Notes under the pieces: model-generated | Told to the model about the DNA's origin: nothing | Database searches by the model: none | The model's input: only the letters and a program-made list of their open reading frames with translations | Position numbers and translations under genes: made by a program | Shown: positions 1 to 11,870 of the stretch, one piece after another | Numbering within the stretch: position 1 is the first letter of the stretch | How the letters are laid out: the number at the start of each line of letters is the position of its first letter | Origin: Heptranchias perlo | Lineage: Eukaryota | NCBI RefSeq assembly: GCF_035084215.1 | Contig: NC_090354.1 | Location: 10,726,001-10,790,000 of the forward strand | Length of the DNA stretch: 64,000 bases | Reading direction: 5' to 3'

Positions 1-331
1 CTAAACATTGACTCCAAGACAGACTAATGTTTATCCAGATGTGCGTATGAAGATATTTATTTTCAAGGGGATGCACCACTCAGTGGAGGTCCCCAGCCTG
101 TTGATTTCCTTCAGCCAGACAGCTGCTCGTGCACCTAATTCCATTGTTTTCCTCTTCCAAGTGTAATTCTTTGTGCTGTGGGTGGGTTTAAATTTGATGC
201 TGTATCTCTATTCATGTTCACCCCCAACAACCGTCCCCCCACCATCACCACCACCACCTCATTGTCCAATGTCTTCAAATTTTCTTTTTCTAAATTAGCT
301 TTTGTTCAGAAAGTGAAAATATATCACAATT

Positions 332-382
332 CCAGCTGTGAATGAACGAATCATCTCCAGCAACATCATTTCTGATACAACA
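332..382 (+). pseudogene. Short 3' relic of a plus-type hsp30
   Basis: ccagctgtgaatgaacgaatcatctccagcaacatcatttctgatacaac matches P1 5044-5093, with deletions on both sides. Confidence 0.75.
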
Positions 383-708
383 ATGGGGTTCAAAATGTAA
401 ACTCTGAATATGAACTTAAAGTAAACCTGGAATATATTTAACTGTTATGCAACCCAAATACAGCAGGGAATAAAGATTCAGGTTGCAGTTCATAGGAGAC
501 TCGGTGTGTTATGGAAACTGTCATGTAGCCATTTACCAAGTTATGGTGTTGGGAGCTTCACATCAACATTAATTGTCGGATCATCATTGTTTCTAATGCA
601 TTCTGATAGTAAATTAGTAACTTAAAAAATTGCCACGTTATCAGTAAATCCAATTATATTCTCGCCGTCAGTCCTATTCAATGCAAAGGAAGTTTATTCC
701 CTAAATTA

Positions 709-1152
709 GGTGACAGTCTTGGCGCAGTGCTCGCACACTCACCTCAGAACCAGAAGGTGTTGGGTTCAAGACCCAGCCCATAGTCCTGAGCACATTATTT
801 GGGCTGATAATTCAGTGTGGGAATGCTGCACTGTAGGGGCTGCCGTCTTTCAGGTGGGAGATTAAACTCAAGTCCCATCTGCTCCCTTGGGTGGAAGTAA
901 AAGATCCCACTACCCTATTCAGAGTTCTGACGGATTCCTGGGCAACATTTACCCCTCAGCCAATACCACCAAGAACAGATTATCTGGTCATTTATCACAG
1001 TGTGTTTGTGGGACCTTGCTCTGACAAAATTCACTGCAGCATTTGGCTACTTTGCAACAATAACTGAATTTCAAAGTAATTAAATATTTATGAAGCACTT
1101 TGGGATGACCTGAGCACATTAAAGATGCCGTTTCAATGCAAATTCTTTCTTT
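709..1152 (+). mobile_element. tRNA-derived DeuSINE (SacSINE1-like); paralogous copies at ~6409-6840, 10300-10743, 14779-15223, 19261-19705, 23743-24187, 28225-28669
   Basis: A-box tggcgcagtg and B-box gggttcaagac, central Deu-like domain (taaaagatccca...aacatttacccctca), L2-like tail (aagcactttgggat...aatgcaa). Confidence 0.78.
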
Positions 1153-1296
1153 ATAAACAGAAATAATATATTTTTAAAAATGAATTAGTTGAAAATAAAG
1201 AAGCTGCTACCAGATTGGAAAGAAATTACAAAAGAATGTATTTTGATATATTAAATTTGCAAATACAGCAAATTAATACAATAAATTACTGGTACA

Positions 1297-1770
1297 AAAT
1301 CTACAGCACTGAAGGTGGCCGTTCAGCCCATCATAACTCTGCCGGCTCTTTGAAAGAGATATCCCACTCCTTTGCTCTTTCCCCATAGCCCTGCAATGTT
1401 TTCCCTATTAAGTGTGCATCCAATTCCAATTTTGAAATTTTCCATTGAATCTGCTTCCACCATCCTTTCACACAGTGCAGTCCAGATCATAACAACAGAT
1501 AATTACTGGCTGAGTAATTTTCATTTTCCCTTTGGTTCTTCTGTCTTAACGATGTGTCCTTTGGTTAGCAACTCTCCTGCCAATGGAAACAGTTTCTCCT
1601 TATTTACTCAATCAATACCCCTCATAATTTTGGACACCACTATTAAATCTCCCTTTCACCTTCTCTGCTCTAAGGAGAACAATCCCTGCTTCTCCAGTCT
1701 CTCCACATAACTGAACTCTCTCATCCCTGGTATCATACTGGTAAATCTCATCTTAACCCTCTCCAAGGCT
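1297..1770 (-). mobile_element. CR1 LINE 3' fragment; paralogous copies at ~6985-8070, 10885-11368, 15367-15850 (+4482n) and ~35905-36010
   Basis: Reverse complement has the CR1 3' end (gatgggctgaacggccacct...ctgtagattt) and remnants of the RLEKxGLFSLEQRR region. Confidence 0.75.
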
Positions 1771-2262
1771 TGTAAGAATATGAGAAAAGACAAAGTGGAT
1801 TCAGTAATATAAAAGGCTCACGGGGAGTTTTTGTTAAAAAAGTTATCCAACAATTGAAAATGTCATGACCAAAACGTCTGGAATTGTAATTGTTTGTGTC
1901 CCAGGTGCTCCACGGTACTCAGCTGCATGACTGACTAAGACATCACATTTGGACACCTGATTGAAACCTTCACTCCTTTTAAATCTCACTGCACTCTGAC
2001 AAGAGCCTGGAGTGGAATGTGGAGATCTGCAACTATTTCAATATTTTAAGATTATAATTATTAAAATGAGGAAACACCAATTCAGAGATTTGTACTTTAT
2101 TACCACAATATACAAATTAAAATACAAAGAAAATATTTTTCAGATGTACAGATTTGAAAAAATGTTTCACTATCTCAGTTTCACACGAATTTACTTCAAG
2201 CTCATTTCCACCAGTGTACAATTGCTCTGTGATGTACAGCAAAAGTTCACTGCAAACAAATG

Positions 2263-2916
2263 TCAACAGTCCTCCTTTATTTCAGCCTCTGTCTTGTTCT
2301 CGCCACTCTCCTGTGTCTGTGCTTCTACGCCAGGATTTAGCCGGGGAGTGGTTGTTGTATCAGAGGTGATGTTGATGGGAACGGTTTGTTCATTCACAGC
2401 TGGCAGTGCCAGGCGTGGGGCTTGAACCTTTAACCGACCGTCCTGTGACAAACAGCAGTTAAGTGCTTGAGGATCGACATCTTCTGGCAGCTGAAATTCT
2501 CTCCTGAACTCTTCATATTTGTAGCTGTAACAGCCGCTCCCATCATCACTTTTCTTCTCATGTTTTCCTGTTACCAGCACTTTTCTTCCAAGTACTTTCA
2601 CCTTCAGTTCTTCTGGGGAGAATTGCTGGACATCCAGGGACAGAAAAAAGTCATCTCCATCCTTGTCCTCGGATTCTCTTTTATCTCCTTCGTGGTCATC
2701 AGGTTTGTTGTTCTGACTTCTTGGTCTTTCCTCCCAAAATTGTTTTGCGAGCTCCTCAAGAACTCGATTCAGGAAATTCATGCTCTTTCTCGCTTCTTCC
2801 GCCTGTTGCCAGCTGTTGCATTCAAACGGCTCAAAGACTGTGTGTGGAACAGGCCACAATGTGCACACAGGCTGCTGGCACAGACGTGAAGCGTGGAAAG
2901 CCCGACAGCTCAGCAT
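2263..2916 (-). CDS. hsp30: Small heat shock protein, hsp30/HSPB9-like, minus-type copy M1 (217 aa, intronless)
   Basis: Alpha-crystallin domain (LSLDVQQFSPEELKVKV...GKHE...FRREFQLPEDV...DGRLKV) followed by the IXI/V motif VPI. First ATG is at 2916; the ORF-track start at 2946 is TTG. TATA and HSE upstream, AATAAA at 2096-2101 on the minus strand. Confidence 0.93.
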   Translation of the reverse strand: MLSCRAFHASRLCQQPVCTLWPVPHTVFEPFECNSWQQAEEARKSMNFLNRVLEELAKQFWEERPRSQNNKPDDHEGDKRESEDKDGDDFFLSLDVQQFSPEELKVKVLGRKVLVTGKHEKKSDDGSGCYSYKYEEFRREFQLPEDVDPQALNCCLSQDGRLKVQAPRLALPAVNEQTVPINITSDTTTTPRLNPGVEAQTQESGENKTEAEIKEDC

Positions 2917-3010
2917 TGTCTCTGCCTCTTCTATCACTTCTCTCAAACCCGACTGATGTGAACTCCCAGTCTTCAGTCTCTGATCTGCTGCAGCACTCAG
3001 AACACACGCC

Positions 3011-3050
3011 TTATATATTCTACTCCCAGAAATCCAGACACTTCCAGAAT
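3011..3050 (-). promoter_or_regulatory. TATA box and proximal heat-shock element of M1
   Basis: Minus strand reads aTTCtgGAAgtGTCtgGATt (3031-3050), then TATATAA (3011-3017), about 95 bp upstream of the ATG. Alternating nGAAn/nTTCn units are the HSF binding site. Confidence 0.85.
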
Positions 3051-3157
3051 TTGCTAAACTTTACTGGGTTTATGACACGTGAGCAGAAAATAACTCACGT
3101 CTCATCTCTGCCTTGCTTTAACGAAGAATGACTCGGCTCAGTGACACCCTCTGGTGC

Positions 3158-3180
3158 AATTCCAGAGACTGCTGGAAGCT
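3158..3180 (-). promoter_or_regulatory. Distal imperfect heat-shock element of M1 (also present in the other minus copies)
   Basis: TTCcaGAGacTGCtgGAA keeps the 5-bp HSE periodicity with two perfect outer units. Confidence 0.5.
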
Positions 3181-4404
3181 GCTGACATTTGACATCACAG
3201 CTGGGCGGAGCAAATGATTGACAGCCCAGCAGAAGGAAGAGACTGTGGAGTAAAGTTGTGTTTGATCAGAAGTGTTCAACTTCATGAAATCTAAACTAAC
3301 ATTTTGAGATAATGAACAGTCAGTGGCTTTCTAGATCTGCTATTTTCATTCATTTTCAAAAGATTAAAGTGATATTTATCAACAGCAGAGCAGAGGGATC
3401 GAAAGAGTGAATTTCAGATCAGTTTGATTTAAATTATGTGAAGTTCTGATTCTATCCCATTCAGGTTCAGTGGTTGCCTTGTTTTTTGTTTCATTTGCCA
3501 CTGTTCGTTGCTATGGTAATGTGTTGCTATCCAGTTTTCCAAGATGATGGAGTGATGGCCTTTACATTCCTAGATTCTGGGGAGATATTCTACATACAGT
3601 ATTTTGTAGTCAGAAATAAAACAATTCGATAATGTTTAAAAATCTCTCCTCATGATAAATTATGCGTTATTTATAGAAAATTCAGCTAAACACTGACTCC
3701 AAGACAGACTAATGTTTAACCAGATGTGCGCATGAAGAGATTTATTTTCAAGGGGATGCACCACTCAGTGGAGATCCTCAGGTTGCTGAATTCCCTCTCA
3801 GACAGCTGTTAATGTACCTAATTCCCTAGTTTTCCTCTTCCAAGTGTAATTCTTTGTTCTGTGGCTGGTTTTAATTTTGATTCTGGATCTCTTATTCATG
3901 TTTCGTCCTCTCCCCACCCCCACCCCGCTACCAAAGTCCTTAAAATTTTTGTTTGTAAGTTAGCTTTTGTTCGGAAAGTGAAAATATATGTCGATTCCCT
4001 CTTGTTACGCGGCTATAACAACACAAATACCCGTTTTCTTGAACAAGTTTCAATAAGATCTGTTGTCAAGGACAATGGAGAACTCCATGCCTAAATCACT
4101 TCCTGGTTATGTCACTCTATGATTTTTCATTGGGAGACAAAGATACTGAGAATTCAGCTGAACCATTGTAACAAACTGAAAATTTAACAAACATGAGGCT
4201 GTATTCCTATTATATCAAATAAATTCATCTGAGCAGAGCTCCAGGTAGGCTCCGCCTACCTGGAATGGGTAGGAATATGTTAGTACACACTGGAAGTTTC
4301 TCAATTTGTGCCACTGTGTCACTGGACAGAGTCATTCTTGTTTAAAGCGAGGCTGAGGTGGAGTAATTATTTTCTGCTGACATGACATGAAGTCAGCAAT
4401 CTTC

Positions 4405-4445
4405 ATTCTGGAAGTGTCTGGAATGCTGGCATTTGAATATATAAA
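4405..4445 (+). promoter_or_regulatory. Heat-shock element and TATA box of plus copy P1
   Basis: aTTCtgGAAgtGTCtgGAAt (4405-4424, three perfect units) and TATATAAA (4438-4445). A further GAAgtTTC lies at 4293-4300. Confidence 0.87.
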
Positions 4446-4539
4446 GCGTGTGATCTGAGTGCAGCAGCAGACCAGAGACTGAAGACTGGGAGTTCACATC
4501 AGTCGGGTTTTGAGAGAAGTGATAGAAGAGGCAGAGAAA

Positions 4540-5193
4540 ATGCTGAGCTGTCGGGCTTTCCACCCTACACATCTGTGCCAGCTGCCTGGGCTCACGCTGA
4601 GACCTGTTCCACACAGTGTCTTTGAACTGCTCAAAGACAACATGTGGAAGCCAGTGGAAGAAGCGAGGAAGACCATGGATTGGGTCCATGAGCAGCTCTT
4701 AAGAGAATTGTTGGAGGAAAGATCAAAAAATCAGGACAACAGACCTGATGACTATGAAGAAAGTAAAACACAATCAGAGGGCCAGGATAGAGATGGCTTT
4801 TCTCTGTCCCTGGATGTCCAGCGATTCGCCCCAGAAGAACTGATGGTGAAAGTACTTGGAAGAAAAATGCTGGTTACAGGAAAACATGAGACGAAAAGTG
4901 ATGATGGGAGCGGCTGTTACAGCTACAACTATGAAGAGCTCAGGAGAGAATTTCAGCTGCCAGAAGATGTCGATCCTCAAGCACTTAACTGCTGTTTGTC
5001 ACAGGACGGTCAGTTAAAGGTTCAAGCCCCACGCCTGGCACTACCAGCTGTGAATGAACAAACCGTCCCCAGCAACATCACCTCTGATACAACAATCACT
5101 CCCCGACCAAATTCTGGCAAAGAGCCACAGAGACAGAACAGTGGAAAGCCTGAGGGAAACAAGAAAGAGGCCGAAACAAAAAAGGACTTTTAA
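4540..5193 (+). CDS. hsp30: Small heat shock protein, hsp30/HSPB9-like, plus-type copy P1 (217 aa, intronless)
   Basis: ATG at 4540 (MLSCRAFHP...), alpha-crystallin domain, distinct N- and C-terminal regions, AATAAA at 5389-5394. Confidence 0.92.
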   Translation: MLSCRAFHPTHLCQLPGLTLRPVPHSVFELLKDNMWKPVEEARKTMDWVHEQLLRELLEERSKNQDNRPDDYEESKTQSEGQDRDGFSLSLDVQRFAPEELMVKVLGRKMLVTGKHETKSDDGSGCYSYNYEELRREFQLPEDVDPQALNCCLSQDGQLKVQAPRLALPAVNEQTVPSNITSDTTITPRPNSGKEPQRQNSGKPEGNKKEAETKKDF

Positions 5194-7306
5194 GTGACCG
5201 GTTGCAGTGGCATTTACAGTGATGTTTTGTATGATGAAAGAATAATTGAATAGAGAGAGACTTGAGTTTCTGAGACAGTGGAATGAATTCATGATTAATT
5301 CTTGACTTCATCCTGTATGTCTGAAATTGTTCATTGTCCCGTTATTTGTTTTCAAGTGGATTATTTATATCTGTATATGCATTGGAACAATAAACATTTT
5401 GGAACAGTAATGTCCATGATTCAACTTGTTAACTTTATCAAAAAATATATATTTCACAATTCAATAACTGCACATTTACTCCCTTTCACTCTCAGTAAAG
5501 ACACTTCTTTTAATCTGGGGTGAATTTCAAAGCAGAAAAGGGTTTCTCATGGAAAGATCTGCTTCAAAGTGAACTCAGTCCAGTATAAATGTCAAACATG
5601 TCACAGACCCAGTGCACCAATAACCGAAAGGTATCCAGAGGTATTCCCTGCAGTCTCACAATGACCAGCAATAATCAGCTTGTCTTCCAACAGAGGCACC
5701 AAACTGCACACCATTCATTTAGTGGATGGTCGAAACACGTTACCTGTTATCTGTTCAGTATAAAAAACTTGCGAGTATGAGATTTTGGGAGGGAAAAGCA
5801 AAGTTACTTGCACCGTAAGCAAGTTTTATGAAGTTTCAGCTAAATAGTTGTATTATAAATCCTATACCCTTGAGGCACGTATCTTTCAGTATCAGTAAGG
5901 TGTGTAATATTTCTGGCCGTGTCAGTCAGCGGTTATATTCTTTCAGTAAATTTACTGTGTTACAGCAACGGACACACTGCTTGTGTTTAGGCTCTTGCAG
6001 GACAGCGGGAAACATCAGCGAACGTATGGCAGGTCCCGGACTACACGTGAGCAATGTCACAACAGATCTAGTCGTAAATTATTAAATGGAGTGCAAAATG
6101 TAAACTCTGAATATAAACTTAGAGTAAACCTGGAATATATTTAATTGTTAGGTTATCCAAATACAGCAGGGAATAAAGATTCAGGTTGCAGTTCATAGGA
6201 GACTCGGTGTGTTATGGAAAGTGTCATCTCGTCGTTTACCAAGTTATGATGTTGGGAACTTTACATCAACATGTAGGGCCATCATTGTTACTAATTTAAT
6301 ATCAGAATACATTAGAAACTTTAAAAATTGCTTCATGTTATCAGTAAACCCAATTATATTCATGCTGTTAGTTCTATTTAATGCAAAACAAGTCTATTCC
6401 CTGAACTAGGTGGCAGTCTTGGCCCAGTGCTGGCACGCTCACCTCTGAGCCAGAAGCTGTTGGGTTCAAGCTCCATTCCATAGGCCTGAGGACATCATTT
6501 CGGCTGACAATTCAGTGTGGGAATGCTGCACTGTAGGAGGTGCCGTCTTTCAGATGGGACATTAAACTCAAGACCCATCTGCCCACTTAGGAGGAAGTAA
6601 AAGATCCCATTACACTCTTCAGAATTCTGACGGATTCCTGAGCAACAGCCAATACCACCAAAAACACATTATCTGGTCATTAATCACGTGTTTGTGGGAC
6701 CGTGCTCTTTGCAAAATTCACTGCTGCATTTGGCTACATTGCAACAATAACTGCAGTCCAAGATTACTTAATTGGTTATGAAGCACTTTGGAATGTCCTG
6801 AGCAAGTGAAAGGTGCTATATCAATGCAAATTCTTTCTTTATAAACAGTAATAATATATTTTTGAAAATAAAGAATCTGCCATCCGTTTAGAAAGAAATC
6901 ACAAAAAACCTGGTCAATTATGTATTTTGATATATGAAATGTGCAAATACAGCCAATTAATGTGATAAATTACTGATAAATATAAAATCATACAGCACAG
7001 AAGGAGGCCATTTGGCCCATCATGCCTGTACCGACTCTTTGAAAGAATTATCCCACTCCTCTGCTCTTTCCCCACAGCCCTGCAATTTGTTCCTTTTTAA
7101 GTACATATTCAATTCCAATTTTGAAATTTACCATTGAATCTGCTTCCACCACCCTTTCAGGCTGTGCGGTCCAGATCATAAGAACAGATAATTACTGGCT
7201 GAGTAATTTTTGTCTTCCTTCTTTTGTCAATAATCTCAAATATGTGTCCTCTGGTTACCAACCCTCCTGCCAGTGGAAACAGTTTCTCCTTATTTACTCA
7301 ATCAAC

Positions 7307-7912
7307 AGAATCATAGAATGGTTACAACGCTGAAGGAGGCCATTCGGCTCATTGAGCCCGTGCTGGCTCTCTGCAAGAGCAATCCAGCTAGACCTCATCC
7401 CCCGCCCTATCCCCGTACCCTGCAAATTTTTTTCCTTTTATCCAATTCCCTTTTGAAAGCCACGATTGAATCCGCCTCCTCCACCCTTTCAGGCAGCGCG
7501 TTCCAGATCATAACCACTCACTGCAAAAAAAGTTTTTCCTCATGTTGCCTTTGGTTCTTTAGCCAATTGCCTTAAATTTTGTGTCATTTGGTTCTCGACC
7601 CTTCTGCCCATGGGAACAGCTTCTCCCTACCGACCCTGACTAAACCCCTCATGATTTTCATCACCTCTATTAAGTCTCCTCTCTACCGTCTCTGCTCCAA
7701 AGAGAACAACCCCAGCTTCTCCAGTCTATCCATGTAACTGAAGTCCCTGATCCCTGGAACCGTTCTAGTAAATCTCTTCTGCACCCTCTCCAAGGCCTTC
7801 ACATCCTTCCTAAAGTGCGGTGCCCTGAACTGGACACAATACTTCAGTTGTGGCCGAACCAGTGTTTTATAAAGGTTCATCATAACTTCCTTGCTTTTGA
7901 TCACTATGCCTC
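7307..7912 (-). mobile_element. Younger CR1 3' fragment nested in the older CR1
   Basis: ORF 7683-7904 LYKTLVRPQLKYCVQF...LERVQKRFTR...RLEKLGLFSLEQRR is the CR1 ORF2 C-terminus. Tail reads (att)ctatgattct, and the host resumes at 7921. Confidence 0.88.
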
Positions 7913-8494
7913 ATAATATTCCTCATAATTTTGGACACCACTATTAAATCTCCCTTTAACCGTCTCTGCTCAACAGAGAAAATCCCAGCTTCTCTAGTTT
8001 CTCCACGTAACTGAAGTTCCTGATCCCTGACATCATTCTGCTGAATCTCCTCTACACCCTCTCCAAAGCTTGTAAGAATATGAGAAAAGACAAAGTGGAT
8101 TCAGTAAGATAAAAGGTTCACGGGATTTTTTTCAAAAAAGTTATCTAACAATTGAAAATTTTGTGACCCAAACATCTGGAATTGTAATTGTTTACGTCCC
8201 AGGTACTGCATGGTACACAGCTACATGACTGACTAAGACAATACTTTTGGACACACTGATTGAAGCCTTCACTCTTTTTAAATCACTCTGAACTCTGACA
8301 AGAGCCTGGAGTGGGATTTGGAGATATGCAACTATTTCAATATTTTAAAATTGTACTTCTTAAAATGAAGAAACACCAATTCAGAGATTTGTACTTTATT
8401 ACCACAATATACAAATTAAAATACAATGATTGCATTCATTCACCAGTATACAATTGCTCTGTGATGTACAGCAAAAGTTCATTGCAAAGGAATG

Positions 8495-9148
8495 TCAACA
8501 GTCCTCATTCATTTCAGACTCTGTCTTGTTCTCGCCACTCTCCTGTGTCTGTGTTTCTACGTCAGGATTTAGCCGGGGAGTAGTTGTTGTATCAGAGGTG
8601 ATGTTGATGGGAACGGTTCGTTCATTCACAGCTGGCAGTGCCAGGCGTGGGGCTTGAACCTTTAACCGACCGTCCTGTGACAAACAGCTGTTAAGTGCTT
8701 GAGGTTTGACATCTTCTGGCAGCTGAAATTCTCTCCTGATCTCTTCATATTTGTAGCTGTAACAGCCGCTCCCATCATCACTTTTCGTCTCATGTTTTCC
8801 TGTCACCAGCACTTTTCTTCCAAGTACTTTCACCTTCAATTCTTCTGGGGAGAATTGCTGGACATCCAGGGACAGAGAAAAGTCATCTCCATCCTTCACC
8901 TCGGAATCTCTTTTATCTCCTTCATTGTCATCAGGTTTGTTGTTCTGATTTCTTGGTCTTTCCTCCCAAAATTCTTTGGCGAGTTCCTCAAGAACTCGAT
9001 TCAGGAAATTCATGCTCTTTCTCGCTTCTTCCATCTGCCGCCGACTGTTACATTCAAACGGCTCAAAGACTGTGTGTGGAACAGGCCACAATGTGTACAC
9101 AGGCTGCTGGCACAGACGTGAAGGGTGGAAAGCCCGACAGCTCAGCAT
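8495..9148 (-). CDS. hsp30: hsp30/HSPB9-like copy M2 (217 aa)
   Basis: Intact ORF near-identical to M1; ATG at 9148; TATA/HSE at 9243-9282. Confidence 0.92.
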   Translation of the reverse strand: MLSCRAFHPSRLCQQPVYTLWPVPHTVFEPFECNSRRQMEEARKSMNFLNRVLEELAKEFWEERPRNQNNKPDDNEGDKRDSEVKDGDDFSLSLDVQQFSPEELKVKVLGRKVLVTGKHETKSDDGSGCYSYKYEEIRREFQLPEDVKPQALNSCLSQDGRLKVQAPRLALPAVNERTVPINITSDTTTTPRLNPDVETQTQESGENKTESEMNEDC

Positions 9149-9520
9149 TGTCTCTGCCGCTTCTATCACTTCTCTCAAACCCGACTGATGTGAACTCCCA
9201 GTCTTCAGTCTCTGATCTGCTGCAGCACTCAGAACACACGCCTTATATATTCTACTCCCAGAAATCCAGACACTTCCAGAATTTGCTAAACTTTGCTGGG
9301 TTTATGACACGTGAGCAGAAAATAACTGACGTCTCATCTCTGCCTTTGCTTGAAAGAAGAATGACTCGGCTCAGTGACACCCTCTGGTGCAATTCCAGAG
9401 ACTGCTGGAAGCTCCTGACAAGGTGACATCACAGCTGGGCGGAGCAAATGATTGACAGCCCAGCAGAAGGACGAGACTGTGGAGTAAAGTTGTGTTTGAT
9501 CAGAAGTGTTCAACTGAATG

Positions 9521-9705
9521 AAAGGATTTTTCTGACGTACAGAATGAGAAGAATGATTCACATTTTAAGTTTCGCACTAGCTTCCTTCGAGTTCATTTCC
9601 ACCAGTGTACAATTGCTCTGTGATGTACGGCCGAAGTTCATTGCAAACGAATGTCAACAGTCCTTATTCATTTCAGACTCTGTCTTGTTCTCGCCACTCT
9701 CCTGT
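9521..9705 (-). pseudogene. 3' relic of a minus-type hsp30 (last codons and part of the 3' UTR)
   Basis: Matches ~11738-11922 (QESGENKTESEMNKDC stop, plus UTR). Confidence 0.85.
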
Positions 9706-9842
9706 TTAAATTTGATGCTGTATCTCTATTCATGTTCACCCCCAACACCCATCCTCCCACCACCACCACCTCGTGTTCCAATGTATTCAAATTTTCTTTT
9801 TCTAAATTATATTTTCACTTTCCAAACAAAAGCTATCACAAT

Positions 9843-10112
9843 TCCAGCTGTGAATGAATGAATGAATCATCTCCAGCAACATCATCTCTGATACAACACC
9901 CACTCCCGGCCAAATTCTAGGAAAGAGCCACAGAAACAGGGCAGTGGAAAGGATGAGGGGAACAAGAAAGAGGCTGAAGAAAAGAAAGGACATTTTAGAT
10001 TCATTTACAGTGACCTTTTGGAAGATGAAAGAATAATTGAATATAGAGAGACAGGAGTTTTTGAGACAATGGAATGAATACTGAAAATTAATTCTCATTT
10101 TTATCTTTATCC
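9843..10112 (+). pseudogene. 3' relic of a plus-type hsp30
   Basis: Matches the P1 C-terminus (...DTTPTPRPNSRKEPQKQGSGKDEGNKKEAE...) and the start of its 3' UTR. Confidence 0.82.
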
Positions 10113-11870
10113 TTAACATCTTTAGGTAGCCATGGAAGGATCATTTTTCCCCTGGAGTTTTCATTTCTCAACAGAATGTATGTTCATTGAGAATTATGAA
10201 ATTTTTCTTTCAATGTTTGCCATTGATTCTCTACAGTTACACCTTTTAATCTAATTTCCCAATCTTCCTTAGCCAACTGGAGGTTTATTCCCTAAATTAG
10301 GTGACAGTCTTGGCGCAGTGCTCGCGCGCTCACCTTAGAACCAGAAGGTGTTGGGTTCAAGACCCAGTCCATAGTCCTGAGCACATTATTTGGGCTGATA
10401 ATTCAGTGTGGGAATGCTGCACTGTAGGGGCTGCCGTCTTTCAGGTGGGAGATTAAACTCAAGTCCCACCTGCTCCCTTGGATGGAAGTAAAAAATCCCA
10501 CGACCCTATTCAGAGTTCTGACAGATTCCTGGGCAACATTTACCCCTCAGCCAAAACCACCAAGAACAGATTATCTGGTCATTTATCACAGTGTGTTTGT
10601 GGGACCTTGCTCTGACAAAATTCGCTGCAGCATTTGGCTACTTTGCAACAATAACTGAATTTCAAAGTAATTAAATATTTATGAAGCACTTTGGGATGAC
10701 CCGAGCACATTAAAGATGCCGTTTCAATGCAAATTCTTTCTTTATAAACAGAAATAATATATTTTTTTAAAAATTAGTTGAAAATAAAGAAGCTGCTACC
10801 AGTTTAGAAAGAAATTACAAAAAAATGTATTTTGATATATTAAATATGCAAATACAGCAAATTAATATAATAAATTACTGGTGTAGAATCATACAGCACA
10901 GAAGGAGGCCATTTGGCCCATCATACCTGTGCCGGCTCTTTGAAAGAGATATCCCACTCCTATGCTCTTTCTCCATAGTCCATTAATTTTTCCCTTATTA
11001 AGTGTGTATCCAATTCCAATTTTGAAATTTTCCATTAAATCTACTTCCACCACCCTTTCACACAGTGCAGTCCAGATCATAACGACAGATAATTACTGGC
11101 TGAGTAATTTTCATTTTCCCTTTGGTTCTTTTGTCAATTATCTTAACTATGTGTCCTTTGGTCAGCAACTGTCCTGCCAATGGAAACAGTTTCTCCTTAT
11201 TTGCTCAATCAATGTCCCTCATAATTTTGGACACCACTATTAAATCTCCCTTTGACCTTCACTGCTGGAAGGAGAACAATCCCAGTTTCTCCAGTCTCTC
11301 CACATAACTGAAGTCTCTCATCCCTGGTATCATACCGGTAAATCTCGTCTAAACCCTCTCCAATGCTTGTAAGAATATGAGAAAAGACAAAGTGGATTCA
11401 GTAATATAAAAGGCTCACGGGGAGTTTTTGTTAAAAACGTTATCCAACAATTGAAAATGTCATGACCGAAACGTCTGGAATTGTAATTGTTTGTGTCCCA
11501 GGTGCTCCACGGTACTCAGCTGCATGACTGACTAAGACATCACATTTGGACACCGGATTGAAACCTTCACTCCTTTTAAATCTCACTGCACTCTGACAAG
11601 AGCCTGGAGTGGAATGTGGAGATCTGCAACTATTTCAATATTTTAAGATTATAATTATTAAAATGAGGAAACACCAATTCAGAGATTTGTACTTTATTAC
11701 CACAATATACAAAGTAAATACACTGCTTGTATTCAAGAAAGGATTTTTCTGACGTACAGAATGAAAAGAATGATTCACATTTTCCGTTTCACACTAGCTT
11801 ACTTCAAGTTCATTTCCACCAGTATACAATTGCTCTGTGATGTACAGCAAAAGTTCATTGCAAACGAATG

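Noticed and set aside
709-790. tRNA gene suggested by A and B boxes
   Set aside because: These are SINE heads continuing into Deu-domain bodies; no complete cloverleaf is evident.
2467-2889. 140-aa hydrophobic antisense ORF present in every minus copy
   Set aside because: It starts at TTG, mirrors the hsp30 coding strand, and is conserved only because the copies are nearly identical. No promoter or family similarity is visible.
2917-2946. Ten-residue N-terminal extension MREVIEEAE(T/K/R) in all 227-aa ORF calls
   Set aside because: The start codon is TTG. The first ATG is 30 nt downstream with a purine at -3. The purine-rich leader is most simply 5' UTR, although non-AUG initiation cannot be excluded without ribosome profiling.
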